The notes under the pieces: model-generated
Databases searched by the model: none
Seen by the model: only the letters and a program-made list of their open reading frames with translations
Told to the model about the DNA's origin: nothing
Assembly: GCA_035623825.1 (NCBI GenBank)
Contig: DASPSR010000042.1
Location: 36,883-100,882 of the forward strand
DNA length: 64,000 bases
Direction: 5' to 3'
Source: Nitrospirota bacterium
GTDB lineage: Bacteria > Nitrospirota > UBA9217
Shown: positions 19,495 to 29,140 of the stretch, piece by piece
Position numbering within the stretch: the stretch's first letter is position 1
Layout: each line of letters starts with the position of its first letter
Position numbers and translations under genes: made by a program

Positions 19495-19524
19495 ATACTA
19501 AATTTATATTTTAAAATATGTCAA
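19495..19524 (-). promoter_or_regulatory. Sigma70-type promoter facing cheY-cheA
   Basis: Minus strand TTGACA-18 nt-TAGTAT in a very AT-rich patch. Confidence 0.6.
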
Positions 19525-19781
19525 TAAATCAATTTGTTACAGCGCGTGAAACGCTTTCCCCAGTGTTGGAAAATACTACACTGATGGAATCTTAACGGAC
19601 AAAATTTGACAGAGCAGTCTTGGCTCTTTAAAAATCTCGGGGCGCTTTTCGAGAGAACAGCGGCTCCCGGTTGAGCTTGGCTAAACTGGGTTCAGATATT
19701 TCTTGGAAGAGCAGGGAAACAGCTTCGTATTCAATCGCGATCACTTGGTGACGGTGTACGTCGTATGCGACGGAACAGGCG

Positions 19782-19984
19782 TTACAAAGCTGATTGGAAA
19801 AAGCCGTTGATGTCGGGCATATTGATGTCAGTGATGATCAGGTTGAAGCGGTTTGCGGGAAGAGTTTTGAGGGCTTCAAAGCCGTTCCCGGCTTCCACCG
19901 CAAAGAACTCTCCCGTTTCCTCGAGAGAGACCCGCATCATCGAGCGTATGGCCTCGAATCCTCCACGATAAAGACGTTCTTCAT
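19782..19984 (-). pseudogene. Truncated, frameshifted cheY copy
   Basis: ATG overlaps the DUF4388 stop (ATGA); 1-nt deletion near 19955 (GGCCTCGAATC vs GGCCTTGGAATC), second indel near 19795-19802, homology ends near 19782. Confidence 0.88.
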
Positions 19985-20115
19985 TTTCGCTCCTTCTGGA
20001 GGTCGGCAAGTCTCTTTTCCAGCAGGGCCTTTTCCAGGGCCATCCCTGCCTGGTTCATGAATATCTCGAGAGTATCCACGCCTTTGATCGGTTTCTGATT
20101 AGGCAAGTTGTCACC
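19782..20115. repeat. Copy B of the ~335-bp direct repeat
   Basis: Aligns with 19053-19388. Confidence 0.93.
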
Positions 20116-21126
20116 ATATACAACCAGCGCTATCTTTCCGTCCACAATCAGCGGTATTGCGAGTACCATATCGGGCTTGACCCCGCCGAGCTCATTGACG
20201 AGGTAGTTGTTGCTCTCATTCGATGCAAGCTGACCGAGAAAACTTCGTCGGTTTTCGATCACCGTAAGGAACAGCGACGGTTGATTGAGCGGGATTTTGA
20301 TATTGCGGACGACCTGGTCGGCGGACATGTTCTTGAGGTCTATCCCGAACTGGCCGAGACCTCGAACCTCGTCCTTCTTCACCATGAACAAGATAGCACG
20401 GTTGACAACCTCGCTCGCATACCGCAGGATGAGGAGCGTCACCTCTGCCGTTGCTGTGGGGAACCTTAGTTCGTCGAACATGGACTTGAGCACAGTGATC
20501 TCTCTGCGCGGTACTTCTGTCTCTATGCGGGTGAGGAACTCTTCTTTGGCCGGTTCGTAGCTGACGCGGTGAGTGGCCGGAGCTTTTGATGACGGGGCGG
20601 CTGTCTTGTGCATGCCTTTCCGCTTCTCATCGAGGATCCGCGTTCCCTCCATGAGGAGATACTCGGCACTGATGCCGGACTTGAGCAGGAACTCCTGGGT
20701 GTCTATCTCGAAATTGTCCTTTGAGGCTATATCTCCGAGCTCGAAGTTGAAAAAGCCCTCTTCCCACGCAAGCAGATCATAGATGATCTCCTCAATCTGT
20801 TTACGGACGACGGTCTCGAGCGTTTGTGCGGGCACGACCCCCATCTCCACGAGGATCATGCCGAGTGGCTTGTCGACTTTCTCCTTTTGCAGCGCCAGCG
20901 CCTGGGACAGCGCCGTTTCGGTCAGCATTCCCTGCGAGACAAGGATATTTCCAAGGGAATCGCGGATACTGTCACTAGCGGCCTGAATTACCTGGCCGCC
21001 CTTGAATACGACCATCCCTGTTCCCTTGCGGCTACGCACAAGGAGGGTGCCGGTTTTCTTACTCAGACTAATGATCTGGAAGATATCGGGTAAAGCAAGA
21101 TCTTCCAGCCTGCCAACAAGGCTCAT
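19981..21126 (-). CDS. DUF4388 (PatA-N-like) plus GAF-like domain protein
   Basis: MSLVGRLEDLALPDIFQIISLSKKTGTL, LGNILVSQG, LLAWEEGFFNFE, LLMEGTRILDE; C-terminal LAIPLIVDGKIALVVYGDN. Confidence 0.85.
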   Translation of the reverse strand: MSLVGRLEDLALPDIFQIISLSKKTGTLLVRSRKGTGMVVFKGGQVIQAASDSIRDSLGNILVSQGMLTETALSQALALQKEKVDKPLGMILVEMGVVPAQTLETVVRKQIEEIIYDLLAWEEGFFNFELGDIASKDNFEIDTQEFLLKSGISAEYLLMEGTRILDEKRKGMHKTAAPSSKAPATHRVSYEPAKEEFLTRIETEVPRREITVLKSMFDELRFPTATAEVTLLILRYASEVVNRAILFMVKKDEVRGLGQFGIDLKNMSADQVVRNIKIPLNQPSLFLTVIENRRSFLGQLASNESNNYLVNELGGVKPDMVLAIPLIVDGKIALVVYGDNLPNQKPIKGVDTLEIFMNQAGMALEKALLEKRLADLQKERK

Positions 21127-21248
21127 GCACTCTCCCTGTTACTCATTTTCAACAAATTATATCAACTTGAAAAAAAGAAGCAAGTTTAATCATCGGTCAG
21201 GTAGACAGGAGCTTCCGCTCAAAAAAACCGGAATGCAGATATGAACTC

Positions 21249-21746
21249 CTATGTGCTCCGGTAATTCGTAAACTGAAGCTCAAGGCCAAACTCTTTTTCT
21301 TTTAGGAGCTGAATGACAGCCTGGAGGTCGTCCCGGTTCTTGCCGGATACCCTGACCTGGTCTGCCTGGATCGACGCCTGGACCTTGACCTTGGAATCCT
21401 TGATAGCTTTCACGATCTCCTTGGCCTTATCCGTCGGAATCCCCTGCTGGAGCTTCGCATGTTGCCGTACGGCGCCACCCTGAGCAGGCTCCACTTTGCC
21501 GAAGGAAATATTCTTGATCGGCACTCTACGCTTGACGAGCTTGCCCTCAAGAATATCGACCACGCTCTTGAGCTTGTACTCGTCATCGGAAACGATTACA
21601 AGCGCATCCTTCTCCTGCGTAATGTTTGATTTGCTTCCTTTGAAATCGAACCGCTGGCTGATCTCCTTTAGAGCCTGGCTCACCGCGTTCGTTACCTCGG
21701 CCATATCAATTTTCGAAACAACATCGAATGAGTTTTCCGCCGCCAT
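21249..21746 (-). CDS. yajQ: YajQ family nucleotide/c-di-GMP-binding protein
   Basis: [26 protein letters not shown]; [21 protein letters not shown]; LQFTNYR. Confidence 0.95.
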   Translation of the reverse strand: MAAENSFDVVSKIDMAEVTNAVSQALKEISQRFDFKGSKSNITQEKDALVIVSDDEYKLKSVVDILEGKLVKRRVPIKNISFGKVEPAQGGAVRQHAKLQQGIPTDKAKEIVKAIKDSKVKVQASIQADQVRVSGKNRDDLQAVIQLLKEKEFGLELQFTNYRST

Positions 21747-21818
21747 GAGTCCTCCTTAGTAAAGCAGAAGTCCGTCTGAAGTTTCATTAGTCGATCCTCT
21801 ATTTGCTGTGTCCTGAGG

Positions 21819-22508
21819 TTACTGCTCGATAGTCTCCGTGCCCTTGGGAGCCGTGAAGGTGAACAGCTTGCTGTCGAGACCCGTATCTTCCCTAAGGTCC
21901 GTAAATTCTATCTCGGTGATATTGCCCGTAATGCCGAATATGATCAACCTGACGATGCGCCCAACCTCATCAGTCTGAATCCTGAGCTTCCTCATGGCTG
22001 CACTCGTCTTCTTCGGAGTAAGCTCGACAAGGCGGGGATTTTTCACCTCCGGCTGAAATGCCTCGAAATCATCCCGGATATGTGCGGCGCCGAGCAGGAA
22101 TGCAACGGGTATGTTCATCTGTTCAATGTCCGTGAAGGTTTTTTTAACCACCTGCTCGGTGTTCTTCGAATAGAAAAGGGCCGCTTTGCCGTCAATAAGT
22201 ATGAGCTGGCCATTCGTGTATTTGAGCCTGAGTTTACCCGGTTTTTTGATCCAGAGCATCCCTTCGAAAATCTGCGTCTTGTCGATGGCTTTTAGAAAAT
22301 TCTTCTGGGTCACCTTTGCCGTGAGGTCCCTGAGCTCCTGATAATGATTTTCAACGACGGGGACCACTTGGTCAACGCTTTGGGCGAAGGCATGATTCGC
22401 CGCAGAGGACGCAAAAAAACCGATCAACAGACCCCAAAAAACAAAGATTCGATCAAGACTGCGCTTAACTCCCGGATGCATCATCAGCAACCCACAACCG
22501 CTAGTCAT
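21819..22508 (-). CDS. lolA: Outer-membrane lipoprotein carrier LolA (start may lie further downstream)
   Basis: G.LWIKKPGKLRLKY, LILIDGK, LFTFTAPKG; follows ftsK. Confidence 0.85.
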   Translation of the reverse strand: MTSGCGLLMMHPGVKRSLDRIFVFWGLLIGFFASSAANHAFAQSVDQVVPVVENHYQELRDLTAKVTQKNFLKAIDKTQIFEGMLWIKKPGKLRLKYTNGQLILIDGKAALFYSKNTEQVVKKTFTDIEQMNIPVAFLLGAAHIRDDFEAFQPEVKNPRLVELTPKKTSAAMRKLRIQTDEVGRIVRLIIFGITGNITEIEFTDLREDTGLDSKLFTFTAPKGTETIEQ

Positions 22509-24687
22509 TAAGACTCCTTGTTGTGCCGTCCATATTCTTGCGTACCAGCACTTCCCGCGGTTTGGCGCCGTCTGCCGGTCCGACGATTCCGTCCTCTTCC
22601 ATCATCTCGATCATACGGGCGGCACGGTTGTACCCCACGCGCAGTCTGCGCTGGATGAAGGACGTCGATGCCTGGCCGTTCATCTGGACGAGATCCACGG
22701 CTCGCGCGTACAGCTCATCGCGCTCGCTGTCCTCGACTTCCGCGACTTGGGCCTCGGCAACTTCCCTCACGCGCTGGGCCAAGAGCTCGTAGTTGGGCTT
22801 TGCCTGCTTCTTCACGAACTCAACCACGCGTTTGATCTCGGTCTCGGATACGAAGCAACCGTGCACACGGATGAGATGGGCAGTGCCAGGCGGCAGGAAG
22901 AGCATGTCGCCCATGCCGAGGAGGTTTTCCGCTCCGTTCGCGTCGAGGATGGTGCGTGAATCTGTCTTGGACGAGACCTGGAAGGAGATCCTCGCCGGAA
23001 GGTTGGCTTTTATAAGTCCTGTAATCACGTCGACGCTGGGGCGCTGGGTGGCCACGATGAGATGAATACCCGCGGCACGCGCCATCTGGGCCAGGCGCAT
23101 GATGGAGTCCTCAACCTCGCGCTGGACTGTCATCATAAGGTCAGCGAGCTCATCGACGATCACGACGATGTACGGAAGGCGCTCTGCCTCGGTCACCGCT
23201 TTGTTATAGGAATCAACGTTCTTAGACCCTTTTTCAGCGAGTTGCCGGTATCTGCGCTCCATCTCGGCCACGAGCGCTCGGAGTGTTTCAGCGGCGCGCC
23301 TGGGTTGGGTAACCACGGGCGATAGAAGATGAGGGATATCATTATAGAGGGAGAGCTCGAGCATCTTGGGATCAACTAGTATGAGCTTCACCTCGCTCGG
23401 CCGTGTGTTGTACAGGAGTGCGAGGATGATGGTGTTGATGGCGACGCTCTTTCCTGATCCCGTTGCGCCGGCAATGAGGAGGTGAGGCATCTTGTCGATA
23501 CTTGACACCACGGAAGTGCCGAAGATGTCCTTGCCCAGAGGCACCTTGAGCTTGCTTTTCTGAGACACGTACTCCGGCGATTCGAGGATTTCGCGGAAGT
23601 AGACGGTCTCGCGCGTGTTGTTCGGCACCTCAATGCCCACGGCGCCCTTTCCCGGGAGCGGCGACACAATCCGGACAGAAGACGACTTCATTGCCAAGGC
23701 CAGGTCGTCAGCGAGATTCACGATCCTGCTAACCTTCACACCTGGCGCGGGTTCGAACTCAAACATGGTCACTACGGGGCCAGGGTAGACCTGGGTCACG
23801 CGGCCCTGAATGTCGAAGTCGAGCAGCTTGTGCATCAAGAGCTCGGACTGGGCGAGCATATCCTCTTTCGAGACCTTTTTCGCTGCCGGCGGAAGCGGAT
23901 CCAGCAGGCCGGGAGAGGGGAGTTGGTACGTTCCTTTGGACTCTTTGCTCTCCATGAAATCGAATGCTGCCTGAGACGGTTTGGTCAGCTTTGGCTCGCG
24001 CGACGACGCAGGTTGTTGTTTCTGCGTTTCTATGATCTTGGGCGGTTCTTTCGGGAGCACAGGCCGCCGCATCGCCTCTTTGGCCTTTTCCTTACGTCCC
24101 CGGTATACTGTGATCAGGATTTCGACCTGCTCCGCGAGGCGACCGGAGAGAGCATGCAGCCACGCGATGGCCTTGAGCAGTGAGAACGGTGTGAGCAGCA
24201 TGAGCCCGATGACTAGTGCGGTAATCGTGATGATGTACGCGCCAGTGGCGGAAAAACCCCGAAGCAGTAGCGTGGAGATGAAACCTCCAAGCATTCCGCC
24301 AGAAGGCAGGTCCTCTCCGAACAGCCGGGTAGTCCCGCTTCTGAGCCCGAAGAACGCCGAGGCGGAGAAAAACAGAACGATACCGCCGACTTTTTTGAGG
24401 TACGGATGCACTGCCTCTCTGCCAACCACAAGGAACACTGCGTACCCGAAGAAGAAGAGCGGGATGAAGTAAGCGGACAGGCCGAAAAGACGCAGGAGCG
24501 CGTCGGAGAGATACGCGCCGATGATCCCGATGAAGTTTTTCGTTTCGGCGCCGGTGCCAGAGGCGCTGAAGCACGGGTCAGATGCACTGTACGAAACGAG
24601 GCTGAGCGAAATCAGGAGTCCAATGGCGAATAGGAGCAAGCCTGTCATCTCGTTCCAGTGCCTATGTTTTTCTGATGTGCCCGCCAT
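22501..24687 (-). CDS. ftsK: DNA translocase FtsK
   Basis: N-terminal TM block; MPHLLIAGATGSGKS; IVDELADLM; ATQRPSVDVITG; gamma domain IQRRLRVGYNRAAR. Confidence 0.97.
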   Translation of the reverse strand: MAGTSEKHRHWNEMTGLLLFAIGLLISLSLVSYSASDPCFSASGTGAETKNFIGIIGAYLSDALLRLFGLSAYFIPLFFFGYAVFLVVGREAVHPYLKKVGGIVLFFSASAFFGLRSGTTRLFGEDLPSGGMLGGFISTLLLRGFSATGAYIITITALVIGLMLLTPFSLLKAIAWLHALSGRLAEQVEILITVYRGRKEKAKEAMRRPVLPKEPPKIIETQKQQPASSREPKLTKPSQAAFDFMESKESKGTYQLPSPGLLDPLPPAAKKVSKEDMLAQSELLMHKLLDFDIQGRVTQVYPGPVVTMFEFEPAPGVKVSRIVNLADDLALAMKSSSVRIVSPLPGKGAVGIEVPNNTRETVYFREILESPEYVSQKSKLKVPLGKDIFGTSVVSSIDKMPHLLIAGATGSGKSVAINTIILALLYNTRPSEVKLILVDPKMLELSLYNDIPHLLSPVVTQPRRAAETLRALVAEMERRYRQLAEKGSKNVDSYNKAVTEAERLPYIVVIVDELADLMMTVQREVEDSIMRLAQMARAAGIHLIVATQRPSVDVITGLIKANLPARISFQVSSKTDSRTILDANGAENLLGMGDMLFLPPGTAHLIRVHGCFVSETEIKRVVEFVKKQAKPNYELLAQRVREVAEAQVAEVEDSERDELYARAVDLVQMNGQASTSFIQRRLRVGYNRAARMIEMMEEDGIVGPADGAKPREVLVRKNMDGTTRSLND

Positions 24688-24688
24688 G

Positions 24689-24805
24689 TCAGAACTTCCA
24701 TCCCCTTTGCCAGTAAGATCCCGGCAGAGAGACGGCCATGAACTCGATTTTCCCTTCCACGACGCCCAAAATCGGACCTTTTATAAAGAAGGATAAGATA
24801 CACAT
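24689..24805 (-). pseudogene. Probable 5' relic of undecaprenyl-diphosphate phosphatase (uppP/bacA)
   Basis: IKGPILGVVEGKIEFMAVSLPG resembles the UppP N-terminal motif I.A.ILG.VEG.TEFLP.SSTG; only ~38 codons. Confidence 0.5.
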
Positions 24806-24930
24806 CTCCCGAAAGCCACTCAGTAACAGGGCGCGGAAAACCGCTGCTCCGAGAATTTTCCCAATAAAGATTGTCTGACAGTCATCCGTCTGCCTGCCGG
24901 CAATTGTTCCGCAATCACGGTCCAGGCATA

Positions 24931-25389
24931 TCAGCCATGTCCGAACCACACGCCTCCGGCAACGGCAGACATGCTGATGACCAGCAAAGCCCAGTGCATT
25001 CCGTTTATAATCTTGAGTGCATTGTTCATATCGATCTTTTCAGGATCGGCAAAGATCTTGCTAAATATTTTTCGCTCGGACAGCAGGATCACTGTATAGA
25101 GCGTCCAGGCAAAAATCATGATGAGGATGCCTATGCCCTGCCGCTGTGCCAATATCCCAAAGCCATATTTGGAATACAACAACCAAAACCCTGTTACGCC
25201 CACAATCGCGATAAGCCACCGGACCATCCCGGCGAACCGATGCTCGACACGCTGGAACAGGAGCGCTTTCTCGAGGGACCCCTCGGTCTGATACATCATG
25301 GGGAAGATCACCATGGTCACAAAAGCCACCCCACCGATCCAGATGATGACACCGATGACGTGGATGATAAGCAGGATTGTAAGTAACAT
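24931..25389 (-). CDS. 4-TM membrane protein (CopD/DUF4149-like)
   Basis: LLIIHVIGVIIWIGGVAFVTMVIFP motif and four hydrophobic helices; likely ATG at 25389. Confidence 0.7.
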   Translation of the reverse strand: MLLTILLIIHVIGVIIWIGGVAFVTMVIFPMMYQTEGSLEKALLFQRVEHRFAGMVRWLIAIVGVTGFWLLYSKYGFGILAQRQGIGILIMIFAWTLYTVILLSERKIFSKIFADPEKIDMNNALKIINGMHWALLVISMSAVAGGVWFGHG

Positions 25390-25607
25390 GGTTGTCCCCA
25401 AGGCTGCGAGAAAATCAAGACTATACCATTGCGTGAGCACATTATTTCACAAAGCTGTATGGATTTCAAGATGTTTTGAGAGCGAGATAGAAGAAAATAG
25501 CAAATAACGATTAAAAGCAGTCAATGAGAGAAAGAAATCCGCCGTGATGGGGCTAACGTAGTGCGGTATCAGGCTTCTTTGCTCTTGGTTAGGTCAGGCT
25601 TATATGT

Positions 25608-26636
25608 TCACCAGATCTTTACGACGATCTTCCCGAAAAACTGCCTGCTTAAGAGCTTTTCATAAGCCTTCTGAGCATCGGCAAACTTAAAAACGGAGTC
25701 GACGACGGTCTTGAGCCGATGAGGGAAGAGCCTGAGATATTCTTGCACCGCGGCTTTCGGCCCGACGTAAATCCCATGCAATGAAATGTTTTTACCGAAT
25801 ATGTAACGGAGGCTCAGCGGCACTTCATCCCCGCTTGTGGCGCCAAATGTCACAATCCTTCCACCTTTCTTGAGGCATGACAAAGACTTGTTGAACGTGG
25901 CAACGCCCACGTGATCTACTGCGATATCAACCAGATCGCCCTTCGTTATACGCTTCACCGCCTCAGAGAAATCCTCTTTCTGGTGATTGATGACAAAGTC
26001 CGCGCCGAGCTCTTTCGCCTTCTGAATCTTCCACTCATCACCCACCGTGGTGATGATCGTGGCATTATACAGCTTTGCCACCTGGATGAGGGCCGTGCCC
26101 ACGCCGCTTCCTGCCGAATGGATCAATATTGTATCACCTTGCCTGATGCCCCCGCGAAGCACGAGCGAGTTCCATGAGGTTGTGTAGGTTACACCGATGC
26201 CCGCTGCCTCTTCAAACGAGAGGCCTTCCGGTTTCTTAAAGATATTCGATGCGGGGACACTCACATATTCCGCGGACACACCATTATTCTTGACCCCAAG
26301 AATGGAAAAATCCTTACACTCATTGTCGTGCCCGCTCATGCATCGATCACAGTGTCCGCACGACAGCCCGGGAAAGACGATCACTTCATCCCCAGCCCGG
26401 ATGTGCTGTATATTCTTTCCGACCTTCTCGATGATCCCTGACGCGTCGGAGCCGAATACATGGGGAAGAGGAACCTGGACCGGGTATTTCCCATCCATGA
26501 CCCAGACGTCGAGATGGTTGAGTGAGAAGGCCTTGACTCGGACCAAAACTTCGTTCTCGGTAGTCTCCGGAACAGGCACGTCGCCGGTCTTGATTCCCCT
26601 GTATCCATTCAGTTCTTCGTAGTAGAGTGCTTTCAT
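25608..26636 (-). CDS. Zinc-binding medium-chain dehydrogenase/reductase
   Basis: SLNHLD, PHVFGSDASG, structural Zn CGHCDRC..GHDNEC, AGSGVGT. Confidence 0.92.
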   Translation of the reverse strand: MKALYYEELNGYRGIKTGDVPVPETTENEVLVRVKAFSLNHLDVWVMDGKYPVQVPLPHVFGSDASGIIEKVGKNIQHIRAGDEVIVFPGLSCGHCDRCMSGHDNECKDFSILGVKNNGVSAEYVSVPASNIFKKPEGLSFEEAAGIGVTYTTSWNSLVLRGGIRQGDTILIHSAGSGVGTALIQVAKLYNATIITTVGDEWKIQKAKELGADFVINHQKEDFSEAVKRITKGDLVDIAVDHVGVATFNKSLSCLKKGGRIVTFGATSGDEVPLSLRYIFGKNISLHGIYVGPKAAVQEYLRLFPHRLKTVVDSVFKFADAQKAYEKLLSRQFFGKIVVKIW

Positions 26637-26652
26637 GTCAGTGCCACTTTTA

Positions 26653-26876
26653 TTAGTGCTCCACTGCTTTTACTTTCCACGCGGTCTCGGTGTATTTACG
26701 GATGGTACGGTTGCTTGAAGACGGCCATAACCAGCCATGATCAGGATAGCCCGTCCGGTCCACTCTCTTCGGAATCGTAGCACGGTTCATCCACTTCGTC
26801 CTGACGCGGCAACGTTAGGAGGCTCAGTCCGAAAGCGCATGAAATGATCGCCGTATCCGATAAACAGATCGACACA
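26653..26876 (-). pseudogene. Frameshifted 3' relic of glycogen/starch phosphorylase (glgP)
   Basis: Across frames: VDLFIGYGDHFM / QDEVDE / EWTGRAILIMAGYG / SSNRTIRKYTETAWKVKAV*, matching the GlgP end (GD.F...Q..VD..Y....W...AI.N.A..G.FSSDRTI.EYA..IW). Confidence 0.75.
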
Positions 26877-26923
26877 ATTCTTGCGTCCGGTCAACCTCCC
26901 TGCCTGCCGATCCATCGATTCCG

Positions 26924-28660
26924 TCATATTTCCATGATAATGGGCAGAATCATGGGCCTGCGCTCCATGCGCTTGTATATGAACTTCTTGAGCGCACTCC
27001 GCACCCGGGCCGAGACAAGAGACCATTCGCCCTTTGCCTCGGGAATCATGAGGAGGAGGGTGTCCATGACCACATCCTTGACCTCGGCCAGAAGCTCCTG
27101 CGACGCATCTTCAAACACGAAGCCTCGCGACACAATATCCGGCCCCGAGACCACCTTGCCCGAGGTCTTCTCGATGCCCAGGATCACGATCACCACTCCG
27201 TCATGGGCCAGCTTCATGCGGTCCCGGAGAACGACCGTATCCACGCCGGTGTCCGCAGTGGATCCTGCGGTTTTCCCGTCGATATACACCCGGCCGATGT
27301 TCACCACGCCGGCGCGAAGCGCCGTGTTCTCAGTGAACTCCATCACCTCCCCGTTTTCGAGGATGAAGATGTTCTCCTCGGGAATGTTTACCTTCCTAGC
27401 GAGCTGAGCATGGTATACAAGATGACGGTACTCGCCGTGCACGGGAATGAAATATCTCGGTTTGATGAGGCTCAGCATGAGCTTGAGCTCTTCCTTGGAC
27501 GCATGTCCAGAAACATGGATCTCGGACACCTTTTCGTAGAACACTTCCGCACCGTGCTTGAACAGGTGGTTGATGATCCGTGTTATGCCGCGTTCGTTCC
27601 CGGGAATCATCTTCGACGAGAGCACGATGGTGTCCCCTTTCTTGATCTGGAAGTGCTTGTGCTCATTAGCGGCCATACGCGAAAGCGCGCTCATAGGCTC
27701 GCCCTGGCTTCCGGTGGTTATCATCACGATCTGGTCGTCAGGCAGGGTCTTGAGCGCGTCGATCCGGTGCCATGTGTCTGGCGGGATCTTGAGGGAGCCG
27801 AGGTCGAGCGCAATCTGGGCGTTCGCGATCATGCTCTTTCCATTCAGGATCACCTTCCTATTGTACATCACGGCAACGTCGATGATCTGCTGCACGCGGT
27901 GGATGTTCGAGGCGAAGGTCGCGACGACGATCCTGCCTCGGGCGCGCCCGAATATTTCCTCAAGCCCACGCCGCACTTCCTTCTCCGAAAAGGTGTATCC
28001 GCCCTGCGACGCGTTCGTGCTGTCCGACAGAAGGACAAGGGTCCCTTTGTCGCCGTACTCTGCAAAGGTACGAAGGTCCATGACCTCGCCGTCAACGGGG
28101 GTGGGGTCGATCTTGAAGTCCCCCGTGTGGACCACGCGGCCCACAGGCGTCGTGATGCCGAAACCGCAGCCGTCGACAATGCTATGAGTCACGCGGATGA
28201 ACTCCACACGGAAGCAGCCGAGATCCACTACGTCACGGGGCCGGACAGAAATAAGCTGAATCTCGCTGTCCAGGCCGTGTTCTTTGAGCTTTTCTCTGAC
28301 AAACCCGAGCGTGAGCCGGGTGCCGTAGACCGGAACCCGTATCTCTCTAAGGAGGAAGGGAAGCGCCCCGATGTGGTCCTCGTGCGCATGGGAGAGCACC
28401 ACCCCGCGGATGCGGTTCTTGTTATCGGTCAGATAGGAGAAATCAGGGATCACAATGTCAACGCCGAGCATCTCGGCATCAGGGAACATGAGGCCCGCGT
28501 CGATGACCAGGATATCGTCCCCACATTCGAGCACGGTCATGTTCAAGCCGATCTCACCGACACCTCCGAGCGGGATAATGGTGAGCACGGGGTCGTTTGT
28601 GGCCGAGGGGAGAGTGGAAGCGGATGGATCTGACACCGGAGTCGATTCTCCTCGTTTCAT
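26924..28660 (-). CDS. rnj: Ribonuclease J
   Basis: IIPLGGVGEIGLNM, HAHEDHIG, HTGDFKID, TGSQGEP, IHVSGHA, PVHGE. Confidence 0.97.
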   Translation of the reverse strand: MKRGESTPVSDPSASTLPSATNDPVLTIIPLGGVGEIGLNMTVLECGDDILVIDAGLMFPDAEMLGVDIVIPDFSYLTDNKNRIRGVVLSHAHEDHIGALPFLLREIRVPVYGTRLTLGFVREKLKEHGLDSEIQLISVRPRDVVDLGCFRVEFIRVTHSIVDGCGFGITTPVGRVVHTGDFKIDPTPVDGEVMDLRTFAEYGDKGTLVLLSDSTNASQGGYTFSEKEVRRGLEEIFGRARGRIVVATFASNIHRVQQIIDVAVMYNRKVILNGKSMIANAQIALDLGSLKIPPDTWHRIDALKTLPDDQIVMITTGSQGEPMSALSRMAANEHKHFQIKKGDTIVLSSKMIPGNERGITRIINHLFKHGAEVFYEKVSEIHVSGHASKEELKLMLSLIKPRYFIPVHGEYRHLVYHAQLARKVNIPEENIFILENGEVMEFTENTALRAGVVNIGRVYIDGKTAGSTADTGVDTVVLRDRMKLAHDGVVIVILGIEKTSGKVVSGPDIVSRGFVFEDASQELLAEVKDVVMDTLLLMIPEAKGEWSLVSARVRSALKKFIYKRMERRPMILPIIMEI

Positions 28661-29140
28661 TTAAAAGCTTCTCGCACCCGGATACAAGGATACCGTATTT
28701 TTCGCAGCAGTTCAAGGTGATTTTGGCGGGTAGTTTTCTTCAAGCGAAACTTTTGACGATTGCGGGAATCACGCTGCTTTTCGGGAGAGCACCTTGTTGC
28801 CGGCTTCCGTGAAACCGGACTTGTCAGATTTTTTGGTGCCCTTTCGAGGCGACAGATACCCGAAGGTCACCTGGGTCAGGGAGCAAAAAGCCTCATAGCC
28901 GAGGAAATCCGCATCGTGGCGGACCTCGTTTTCCATATGGGCCAGCTTCAGGAGGCGCCGTAGACAACCACCGGCTCTATTGAAGTAGTGTTTCACACTA
29001 TTCTTATCGGAATCGATTTAAGGAACTTTAGCAGCCCCCTGGGTTGCCCCACGCGAACGTAACGGGCCGAATCATCAAAGAGAGAGGTCATGGCTGTCTT
29101 TGCGCAGACACGCATTTCTTTGAAGCCGCATATTTTCATC

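Noticed and set aside
19053-20115. Repeat pair as a DGR template/variable region
   Set aside because: Mismatches are not adenine-specific on either strand, include indels, and no reverse transcriptase is present.
27203-28633. 476-aa plus-strand ORF and many similar long alternative ORFs
   Set aside because: Antisense shadows of well-supported genes (here rnj), expected from GC-rich codon bias; no recognisable motifs.
28769-28996. 75-aa minus-strand ORF or possible gene relic upstream of rnj
   Set aside because: No convincing RBS or family motif; any resemblance was too weak to call.
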